A DNA stretch of 10,797 nucleotides from NCBI GenBank assembly GCA_043818055.1, contig JBDRGF010000119.1:1-10797 (forward strand), in the 5' to 3' direction. The position numbers and the translations under genes were made by a program. This document shows, one piece after another, positions 1-6,837 of the stretch. A model generated the notes under the pieces. It ran no database searches. It saw only the letters and a program-made list of their open reading frames with translations, and was not told where the DNA came from. Every line of letters starts with the position of its first letter. Position 1 is the first letter of the stretch. The stretch comes from Pseudomonadota bacterium (GTDB taxonomy: Bacteria; UBA10199; 2-02-FULL-44-16; JBDRGF01).

Positions 1-2550
1 TCCGCCGCCTTGGGCCATGTCGGGGCGTCCGCCCCCTTTTCCGCCTATGATTGGAGTGAGTTCTTTGACTAGTTTGCCTGCCTGGAAACGCCCTTGCAGG
101 TCTTTTGAAACGGATATTATGATAGAGACCTTATCTTCGAATTTAGAGGCTAGGAGAACGATTCCTGAGCCTATCTTTGACATGAGGTCGTCTGAGAGCC
201 TTCTCAAAGCCTGAGCCTCAAGCCCGTCGAATTCCAGAGTCAAAACCGCGACACCTGAAACTTCACGCTTCTTGCAGAGTAGATCGTCGGCACTTCCCTG
301 AGCGAGCTGCTTTTGCTCGCAGATCTTCTTTTCCATATCCTTGACATTTGAAAGCAATTTTTCAACACGCGGGAAAATTTCATTGGGATGAACTTTAAAA
401 AGTTGCGCCAACTTAAGACTCTCCCTCTGAATCCCGTTCACATAGTTCAAGGCGTCACCAGCAGTGACCGCTTCCAACCTTCTTATGCCGGCGGCGACAC
501 TCGATTCCGATGTTATCTTGATAAGTCCGATCTCGCCTGTCCTCTTCACGTGCGTGCCTCCGCAAAGTTCGCACGAAAAATCGCCCGACTGTACCATCCT
601 CACATGATCTGAATATTTTTCACCGAAGAAGGCCAATGCCCCTTTTGTGAGCGCCTGCTTGTAGGGCAACACATCCGTTTCAACGGAGTGATTGGCTCGC
701 ACAGCCTGATTTGCCAAGGCCTCAACGCTCTCTACTTCTTCATTCGTCAGTGCATGAAAATGAGAAAAATCAAAACGCAACCGATCGGGTTCGACAAGTG
801 AACCGGACTGCCTCACATGTTCGCCCAACACTTCTCTGAGCGCCTTATGCAAAAGATGCGTCGCCGTATGATTGCAGCGGATCCTCTGACGCCGCTCGCT
901 ATCTATCGCCAGTGTGAGTTTATCGCCGACCTTTATTTTACCACTCTTTATTTTGGCCTTATGAATTATCAGCTCCGGCACAGGCCTTTTGGCATCTTTA
1001 ATTTCTATTTCGACACTCTTCGAGAGGGCAACGCCCATATCGCCGACCTGACCACCCGACTCTCCATAGAAAGGGGTGCGGTCGAATATGAGTTCCAATT
1101 CAGCGCCTGCCTTAGCCTCTTTTACCAGCTCTCCACCATCTATTATATGGGTGAGCTTCGCCTCTACGCTCTCCTCGTCATATCCTACGAATTCAGAGGC
1201 TGCATCCTTCTTTGCCAGCTCCTGATATATCTTAGCTACACCCTCTTCGCCTGAGCCCTTCCAGCTCTCCCTCGATTGCGCCCTCTGTTTTTCAAGGGCT
1301 GCATCGAAACCATCATCGTCGAGCTCAATGCCCGACTCCCTCGCGATGAGCTCGGTCAGGTCCTTTGGAAATCCGAAGGTGTCGTAGAGGCGAAAAACTA
1401 CTTCGCCGGAGAGTGTTTTTTTCTTATCCTTTTTAAGCTTTTTGAATTCCTCATCGAGAAGATCTAGCCCCTTGTCGAGAGTTCTAAAGAATCTCTCCTC
1501 CTCTGCGGCTATCACCTTTTCTATTGTCGAGAAGTGGCTGACGAGTTCCGGATATGCCTCGCCCATCTGATCGATCACGACATGAGCTAACTTGGAAAGA
1601 AAGGGGTCATCCATTCCCAACATCCTGCCATAGCGCACTGCCCTTCTTATTATCCTGCGCAGTATATAACCCCGCCCCTCGTTCGAGGGTATCACGCCTG
1701 ATTCTATCATGAAGACCATCGCACGAAGATGATCCGCGATCACCTTGAGCGCGACATCGACCTCTTTCGATTCACCCTGTTTGTGGCCTAAGCTCTTCGA
1801 GATGGCCTTAATTATTGGAACGAAGACATCGGTCTCCCAGTTCTCTCTTTTTCCTTCGACGACGCATGCCAGCCTCTCGAGCCCCATCCCTGTATCGATG
1901 GATGGAGATGCGAGTGGCGTCATCTTTCCTTTAGCGTCGCGATCAAACTGCATAAAGACGAGATTCCAGATCTCCATGAAGCGATCGGTCTCAAAATCTG
2001 AAGGCTTTATCTCTCCCTTTCCAAAATCCCAGTGAATCTCGGAGCAGGGGCCACACGGGCCTGCATCTCCCATCGACCAGAAGTTATCCTTCTCGCCTAA
2101 TTTAAAGATCCTCTCCTTTGGAACGAATTTCGTCCAAAGCTCTAAAGCCTCTTCGTCATCTTTATACACGGTGACGACCATCTTATCCTTTGAAAGTTTC
2201 AATTCCTCAGTCAGATATTCCCACGCAAACTTGATCGCATCCTCTTTGAAATAATCGCCGAAGGAGAAATTTCCCAGCATCTCGAAGAATGTGTGATGGC
2301 GCGGCGTATATCCGACCTGCTCGAGGTCGTTGTGCTTGCCTGAGACCCTTAAACATTTTTGTGAAGTCGTAGCCCTAGGATAGGGACGTTTCTCCTGTCC
2401 GGTAAAGAGATTTTTAAACTGCACCATACCGGCGTTGACAAAAAAGAGTGTCGGCTCGCCGACAGGTATGAGCGGAGATGAAGCTACCCTCGTATGACCC
2501 TTCTTCTCAAAAAATTTCAGGAAGGATTCGCGAAGTTCTGAGGAGTTCAT
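1..2550 (-). CDS. alaS: Alanine--tRNA ligase (3' end runs off the window; 850 codons visible)
   Basis: Translated by hand because it is absent from the ORF track (no stop in the window). ATG at 2550 gives [46 protein letters not shown]...[40 protein letters not shown]. Editing-domain motifs NHTATHLLH (~850-873) and ELCGGTH (~550-570) are in frame, and the C-Ala motif [14 protein letters not shown] lies at 1-42. The start overlaps the recA stop (ATGA). Confidence 0.98.
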   Translation of the reverse strand, partial: MNSSELRESFLKFFEKKGHTRVASSPLIPVGEPTLFFVNAGMVQFKNLFTGQEKRPYPRATTSQKCLRVSGKHNDLEQVGYTPRHHTFFEMLGNFSFGDYFKEDAIKFAWEYLTEELKLSKDKMVVTVYKDDEEALELWTKFVPKERIFKLGEKDNFWSMGDAGPCGPCSEIHWDFGKGEIKPSDFETDRFMEIWNLVFMQFDRDAKGKMTPLASPSIDTGMGLERLACVVEGKRENWETDVFVPIIKAISKSLGHKQGESKEVDVALKVIADHLRAMVFMIESGVIPSNEGRGYILRRIIRRAVRYGRMLGMDDPFLSKLAHVVIDQMGEAYPELVSHFSTIEKVIAAEEERFFRTLDKGLDLLDEEFKKLKKDKKKTLSGEVVFRLYDTFGFPKDLTELIARESGIELDDDGFDAALEKQRAQSRESWKGSGEEGVAKIYQELAKKDAASEFVGYDEESVEAKLTHIIDGGELVKEAKAGAELELIFDRTPFYGESGGQVGDMGVALSKSVEIEIKDAKRPVPELIIHKAKIKSGKIKVGDKLTLAIDSERRQRIRCNHTATHLLHKALREVLGEHVRQSGSLVEPDRLRFDFSHFHALTNEEVESVEALANQAVRANHSVETDVLPYKQALTKGALAFFGEKYSDHVRMVQSGDFSCELCGGTHVKRTGEIGLIKITSESSVAAGIRRLEAVTAGDALNYVNGIQRESLKLAQLFKVHPNEIFPRVEKLLSNVKDMEKKICEQKQLAQGSADDLLCKKREVSGVAVLTLEFDGLEAQALRRLSDDLMSKIGSGIVLLASKFEDKVSIIISVSKDLQGRFQAGKLVKELTPIIGGKGGGRPDMAQGGG

Positions 2551-3638
2551 TTCTTTCCCTTTGTTTCTGTCTCTGGCTGAGTTTCGCTAGCTTTGGTTTT
2601 TTTCGGGGCATCCGTATCTTTCCATATGCCGAGTTTTTCGCGCACGGCCTTGTCGAGACGATTGAAGATAGTTTTGTTCTCCTTCAGATATACCCTTGCG
2701 TTATCCCTGCCCTGTCCTATCCTCTCGCCTTCATAGCTATACCACGCGCCGCTCTTATCGACCAGGCCATGTTCGGTAGCCAGATCGAGAACATCACCCT
2801 CCTGCGATATTCCTTCGCCGAAGATGATATCGAACTCAGCCTGACGAAATGGCGGAGCGACCTTATTCTTCACAACCTTAACGCGGGTGCGGTTTCCTAC
2901 CACAACCTCACCCTGCTTGATTGAACCTATGCGACGGATATCGATACGCACTGATGAATAAAACTTCAGGGCGTTACCACCTGTAGTAGTTTCAGGATTG
3001 CCAAACATAACACCGATTTTCATCCTGATCTGGTTGATGAATATCACGAGCGTATTCGAACGACCTATCGTCGCTGTAAGTTTTCTCAGCGCCTGACTCA
3101 TAAGACGCGCCTGCGAGCCCATCTGCGCATCTCCCATATCCCCTTCGAGCTCAGCTCTGGGAACCAGCGCCGCGACGGAATCGATGACCAGCACATCGAT
3201 AGCGCCAGATCTCACGAGCGTATCTGTAATCTCTAGAGCCTGTTCACCGGTATCGGGCTGACTCACCAGAAGATCCTCGACCTTGACGCCAAGTTTCTTG
3301 GCATATTCAACATCCATAGCATGTTCAGCATCGACAAAGGCGACGATGCCACCCAACTTCTGAGCCTGTGCTACTACCTGTAATGAAAGGGTCGTCTTGC
3401 CGGATGATTCCGGACCATAAATCTCTACGACTCGCCCCCTCGGAAGACCTCCGACACCGAGTGCGGCGTCGAGAGAGAGTGAACCTGTCGGAATTACTGA
3501 CAATCCATCAGATATCGTATTGCCATCATTCAGACGCATGATCGAACCTTTACCGAATTGTTTTTCGATAGAGGCCATCGCTAAAGATATGGCCTTCTCG
3601 CGGTCAGTGCTTGTCGGACTTGGTGCTTTTGTTGACAT
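2547..3638 (-). CDS. recA: Recombinase RecA
   Basis: [11 protein letters not shown], Walker [45 protein letters not shown]. Strong Shine-Dalgarno AGGAGGAG upstream. No intein or insertion. Confidence 0.99.
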   Translation of the reverse strand: MSTKAPSPTSTDREKAISLAMASIEKQFGKGSIMRLNDGNTISDGLSVIPTGSLSLDAALGVGGLPRGRVVEIYGPESSGKTTLSLQVVAQAQKLGGIVAFVDAEHAMDVEYAKKLGVKVEDLLVSQPDTGEQALEITDTLVRSGAIDVLVIDSVAALVPRAELEGDMGDAQMGSQARLMSQALRKLTATIGRSNTLVIFINQIRMKIGVMFGNPETTTGGNALKFYSSVRIDIRRIGSIKQGEVVVGNRTRVKVVKNKVAPPFRQAEFDIIFGEGISQEGDVLDLATEHGLVDKSGAWYSYEGERIGQGRDNARVYLKENKTIFNRLDKAVREKLGIWKDTDAPKKTKASETQPETETKGKK

Positions 3639-3649
3639 GATACTCCTCC

Positions 3650-4225
3650 TTATAAACCTTTTAATGGGAATTGATTTAATGCTGTATATATCGAGCCAGT
3701 TGGCGTCAGTTCGCTCTTATACAACGTGAGCTTATCGACGACTACCTCCCCGAATTCCTTTATACCCTGCTTCTCTATAAACGAGACCAGGCTCTCCTTA
3801 CCCTTCAGTGAACCTTTCATCCTTCCTATAGTCAGATGAAGTCTGAAGGCGCGTTTATCCTTTTTTATCGAAATCTCCTCAAAAAGAGCCTCGAGCTTAT
3901 CGTGCATCTCGATCGCCCTCTCGCTATCGCCGGCAAGCCCAGCCCATATAACCTTGGGATATCGAAAATTTGGAAATACCCCTACTCCTACCCCTTTGAA
4001 CTTCAACGGCTTAAATGGGGAGACCTCCTCAAGGATCATATCCGAGAGCCTTCCCATGAGTAGCTCCTCCTCAACATCTCCAAAGAACTTCACGGTGCAG
4101 TGCATGAGAGAGGGATCTACCCACTTGATGCCCTTAGCCTTCGAGCGCATCAGCTCAATCAAAAGAGAAAGCTCTTTTCGCATCTGGTCATTTATGTCAA
4201 ATGCCAGAAAGGATCTGATCTTCAT
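3650..4225 (-). CDS. thpR: RNA 2',3'-cyclic phosphodiesterase (2H phosphoesterase, LigT/'2'-5' RNA ligase')
   Basis: N-terminal RSFLAFD, two HxT motifs ([16 protein letters not shown]), PKVIWAG, and C-terminal [13 protein letters not shown]. Usual position between cinA and recA. ATGA overlap with the cinA stop. Confidence 0.95.
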   Translation of the reverse strand: MKIRSFLAFDINDQMRKELSLLIELMRSKAKGIKWVDPSLMHCTVKFFGDVEEELLMGRLSDMILEEVSPFKPLKFKGVGVGVFPNFRYPKVIWAGLAGDSERAIEMHDKLEALFEEISIKKDKRAFRLHLTIGRMKGSLKGKESLVSFIEKQGIKEFGEVVVDKLTLYKSELTPTGSIYTALNQFPLKGL

Positions 4226-5451
4226 CGATTTCCCCCGCGAATGAGTGCCACCCGTAGCATATTTAGAGCGGTGTAGGCAACAATTCTCTTAAAACGCGTT
4301 CTTTCCATAGGAAAGTTAAACTGACTTACATCAATTCCATCGGCCTTGGCAAGGGCTATATAGACCAGACCTATGGGCTTATTTTTAGTCTCTCCCCCAG
4401 GGCCTGCGATTCCGGTGATGCCGATTCCGAAATCGGTCTTTGTCCTCTCTCTGATACCCTTTGCCATCAGAGAGGCCACATCACTGCTCACCGCACCCTT
4501 TTGCGCTATCAATTCCGCCGGAATGCCGAGCATCTCCTCCTTGGCAGCGTTGCTATATGTGACAAGTCCCCTCTCGAAGACATGAGAGGCACCTGCAATA
4601 TCTGTCACAAGGCTACTGAGCATTCCCCCGGTGCAAGACTCGGCAACCGAGAGGGTTAATTTTTTATCGGCCAGAAGCTTCATGACGAGATCGGGCATTC
4701 CGATCTTTTCTTCCGAATAGACGACATCTCCCAACGCTTTGTGGATCTTTTCCGCAGCATCATCGACGGCCTTTTTGCTATCTTCCAATCGCGCAGTCAG
4801 CGTGAGTAAAATCTCAGGAAATGGAACCCTGTAGCTGAGTGAAATCCCATCGAGCGCTAAAGCGTCGACATCTTTTGCAACCTGGGATTCCGGTATGCCA
4901 AAACATCTGAGAACTCTTCTCGAAACCTTCTCAGTTGAATTTTTTTGTAACCACGGCGAGATATAGTCGTTGAAAATCTGAAAGAGCTCCGCCGGAACAC
5001 CGGGCATGAAGAAGAACGTCGCCCCTCCCAGCTTTACCCTGATGCCGGGCGCAGTGCCGACATGGTTGATGAGGGCTACGCCGCCCTCGGGAATGAGCGC
5101 CTGTTTTTTATTCGTTGGAGAAAACTCTCTTCCCCTCTTTCGAAAAAATTCTTTGATGTCGCCCAGCACAGCTTCGTCTAATTTAAGCTTTATGTCGAAT
5201 GCACTCGCAGCTGCCTCGATTGTTATATCATCGCTCGTAGGGCCAAGCCCACCGCTCACCAGCACCACATCAGCCCTTCCGGAGGCAAGACGTGAGGCTT
5301 CTTGTATCTTTTCACGATCGTCACCAACGGTCATCATCCAGATCACCTCATGACCGAGCTCGAATACACGCTCAGAGAGCCAGGAGGCGTTAGTATTGAT
5401 GATACGCCCGTCGAGTATTTCGTTTCCGGTTGTGATGATTTCGAGTTTCAT
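4222..5451 (-). CDS. cinA: Competence/damage-inducible protein CinA (MoCF-like N-domain plus PncC NMN deamidase)
   Basis: MKLEIITTGNEILDGRIINTNA, VGDD, SGGLGPTSDDIT, GTAPG, MPGVPAE, and C-terminal VAESCTGG and YSNAAK. Start reassigned from 5502 to the ATG at 5451, because the extra 17 codons run through the REP element. Confidence 0.96.
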   Translation of the reverse strand: MKLEIITTGNEILDGRIINTNASWLSERVFELGHEVIWMMTVGDDREKIQEASRLASGRADVVLVSGGLGPTSDDITIEAAASAFDIKLKLDEAVLGDIKEFFRKRGREFSPTNKKQALIPEGGVALINHVGTAPGIRVKLGGATFFFMPGVPAELFQIFNDYISPWLQKNSTEKVSRRVLRCFGIPESQVAKDVDALALDGISLSYRVPFPEILLTLTARLEDSKKAVDDAAEKIHKALGDVVYSEEKIGMPDLVMKLLADKKLTLSVAESCTGGMLSSLVTDIAGASHVFERGLVTYSNAAKEEMLGIPAELIAQKGAVSSDVASLMAKGIRERTKTDFGIGITGIAGPGGETKNKPIGLVYIALAKADGIDVSQFNFPMERTRFKRIVAYTALNMLRVALIRGGNR

Positions 5452-5464
5452 AAATATAATAGAT

Positions 5465-5518
5465 GTAGGGGCAGACCCCCGTGTCTGCCCGCGGGCGAAC
5501 ACAGGGGTTCGCCCCTAC
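5465..5518. repeat. GTAG-family REP doublet (two inverted REP units, REPIN-like)
   Basis: + strand unit GTAG-GGGCAGAC-CCCCGT-GTCTGCCC (5465-5490), a 2-nt spacer, then an inverted unit reading GTAG-GGGCGAAC-CCCTGT-GTTCGCCC on the - strand (5493-5518). Each unit has a GTAG foot, an 8-bp stem and a 6-nt loop, the architecture of RAYT-associated REPs. Confidence 0.88.
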
Positions 5519-5973
5519 AATTTAATAATCATAAAAATTACCCATAAAGAGAAGTTCGCAAATATCCCCGCCACGATATCATCCATTACAATGCCCCAGC
5601 CGCCGGGGAAGATTTTTTCCACTCGCTTGATTGGAAAGGGCTTTAATATGTCGAAGAAGCGAAAGAGGATAAAACCGACTATGATCATCTTCCATGAGAA
5701 TGGATGGGCAAGATATGTGATAAGAATACCTGCGACTTCGTCTATGACTACCTGCTTTGGATCCTCATCGTTGTAAATTTTGATCGCCTCGTTTGAAACC
5801 CAGACGCTCAAGAAAAAGAATGGAATAAATGTGACAATCTGCATCGGGATGGATAGCCAGCGGCATATGAAATAGTAGATTAAAACGCCGATGAGGCTAC
5901 CAAACGTCCCCGGCCCCACGGGAATGTGTCCCAAATAAAAACCGTTTGCCAGCATCTTAATAATCAGTTTCAT
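5515..5973 (-). CDS. pgpA: Phosphatidylglycerophosphatase A
   Basis: GPGTFGS, DPKQVVIDEVAG, FRFFDILKPFPI, GGWGIVMDDIVAG, with hydrophobic segments. Commonly found upstream of cinA. Confidence 0.96.
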   Translation of the reverse strand: MKLIIKMLANGFYLGHIPVGPGTFGSLIGVLIYYFICRWLSIPMQIVTFIPFFFLSVWVSNEAIKIYNDEDPKQVVIDEVAGILITYLAHPFSWKMIIVGFILFRFFDILKPFPIKRVEKIFPGGWGIVMDDIVAGIFANFSLWVIFMIIKL

Positions 5974-5982
5974 TAGGATGAT

Positions 5983-6044
5983 GAGATATCATCGGAAAGA
6001 GCAAAAGACAAGGGGGTTCTCCCCAAAACTACTTTAATATAGCA
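5983..6044 (-). promoter_or_regulatory. Candidate sigma70 promoter(s) for the pgpA-alaS operon
   Basis: Extended -10 TGcTATATT at 6044-6036. Alternatively TTGTCT-N17-TATCTC (6011-5983, with TGn), which would give an almost leaderless pgpA mRNA; pgpA has no visible SD. Motif match only. Confidence 0.3.
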
Positions 6045-6215
6045 TAAAAAAGAATGCATGACCGATTGAATTACCAAAATTGCTTCTGGGCTTTTTTACG
6101 TGGATCAGGATCTACTCCCAGACTAAAATTTAAAAACAGATTCTCGCACTCTCAGATAAGGTTCTATTCCGGCTTTAGTGGTTAACCAGCTATTAAACCA
6201 TTGAGAGAGGAATAT

Positions 6216-6311
6216 TTAGAGCGGTTGCTCGAGATTTCTGTACTTTGGTATCCACACTAAGTGACATTGAAGTCGATGTCTCGTGTGTGCACCTGTGAGA
6301 TACTTGGCCAT
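6216..6311 (-). pseudogene. tnpA: Truncated IS200-family Y1 transposase (first ~25 codons only)
   Basis: Hand translation MAKYLTGAHTRHRLQCHLVWIPKYR-NLEQPL*. It matches the IS200 TnpA N-terminus (H-S/T-x3-L-x-Y-H-I/L-V-W-x-P-K-Y-R). Similarity stops at ~6237, and the HuH motif and catalytic Tyr are absent. Confidence 0.85.
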
Positions 6312-6419
6312 TGCCTGAACTATGCCAGATTAGCCTCCGCTCCGCCAGCTAAAGCTGGCTGCGCTCCGGGCGGCCATTCATCCCCGGGCTTAAAAGCCCG
6401 GGGTTTTCTGGCCGACTTG
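6237..6419 (-). mobile_element. IS200/IS605-family remnant: left end with subterminal hairpin plus truncated tnpA
   Basis: Perfect inverted repeat CCCCGGGCTT-AA-AAGCCCGGGG (6382-6403), flanked by CGGCCA/TGGCCG (6371-6376, 6409-6414), and a second hairpin GCCAGCT-AA-AGCTGGC (6344-6359). The - strand reads TTTAT|CAAGTCGGCCAG-AAAA-hairpin upstream of tnpA. GC-rich patch in AT-rich DNA. Confidence 0.8.
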
Positions 6420-6434
6420 ATAAATATGGTCATT

Positions 6435-6581
6435 TTAAACCTTACCAGATATTTCTTGAGTTCCTCTGAATGGAGGAATTCGATTTCCATGCTTTTTTAC
6501 ATTTCCTTCACCTGCATTATAGGCGGCTAAAACTAGCTCTATGTTTCCTTCGAATTCCTTTAGATGGAATTTTATTGCATT
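6435..6581 (-). pseudogene. Fragment of a soluble lytic transglycosylase (SLT domain, C-terminal part)
   Basis: Hand translation ...FHLKEFEGNIELVLAAYNAGEGNVKKHGNRIPPFRGTQEISGKV*. LAAYNAG followed by IPPF-x-(E)TQ is the SLT C-terminal signature. There is an in-frame TAA upstream (6584-6582), no start codon, and no catalytic ES/GLMQ motifs. Confidence 0.8.
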
Positions 6582-6837
6582 TTAAGGTTCATTTGTAAAT
6601 AAGCGCCAGAGGCACTGGGGAAAGGGTCGCGCGTAAAATGATAAATTTTGTAAACTGATTTTTTATTGCGCATACAAAATTGTTTAGAAAAAAGAAAAAG
6701 ATTCTAGAAACCCTAACTATAATGTTCTTTTAAAGAGCATGGAGCATACGGTTTTTTATTTTATAAACAAGGAAACCATTATGACAATCGCTGGCAAGCC
6801 AATAGGTTATTCAAACTTCAGATTGCGTAGGTGTGCT

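Noticed and set aside
5452..5502. 17-codon N-terminal extension of CinA in the ORF track
   Set aside because: It is read-through of the REP doublet; CinA similarity starts at MKLEII (5451).
5496..5511. CGAAC...GTTCG as a Firmicutes-type LexA box upstream of cinA-recA
   Set aside because: The spacer is 6 nt rather than 4, and the palindrome is explained by the REP stem.
17..5776. Numerous + strand ORFs (17-214, 388-612, 817-1254, 1276-1467, 1745-2035, 2478-2924, 3520-3729, 3836-4063, 3954-4244, 4373-4585, 5006-5353, 5302-5547, 5396-5776)
   Set aside because: Antisense shadows of alaS, recA, thpR, cinA and pgpA, with no recognisable motifs.
6054..6185. Short + strand ORF MHDRLNYQ...GFSG and short - strand frames in 6050-6236
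   Set aside because: No SD and no recognisable motif. It may be debris of another gene but cannot be supported.
5465..6311. The truncated Y1 transposase as the RAYT serving the nearby REP
   Set aside because: Its N-terminus (HLVWIPKYR) is IS200 TnpA-type and it has its own, different left-end hairpin. The proximity looks coincidental.
6382..6408. GC hairpin followed by TTTT as a simple rho-independent terminator or ncRNA
   Set aside because: No real + strand gene ends before it, and it is better explained as the IS200 subterminal hairpin. Incidental termination is possible.
6261..6530. 89-aa + strand ORF
   Set aside because: It crosses the IS200 end and the SLT fragment in antisense, so it is a chance frame.
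6791..6807. CTGGCA...TAGG as a sigma54 promoter, or GCCAATAG as a sigma28 -10, upstream of the LRR gene
   Set aside because: The -12 GC is missing for sigma54 and there is no correctly spaced TAAA -35 for sigma28. The TATAAT at 6718-6723 also lacks a -35.
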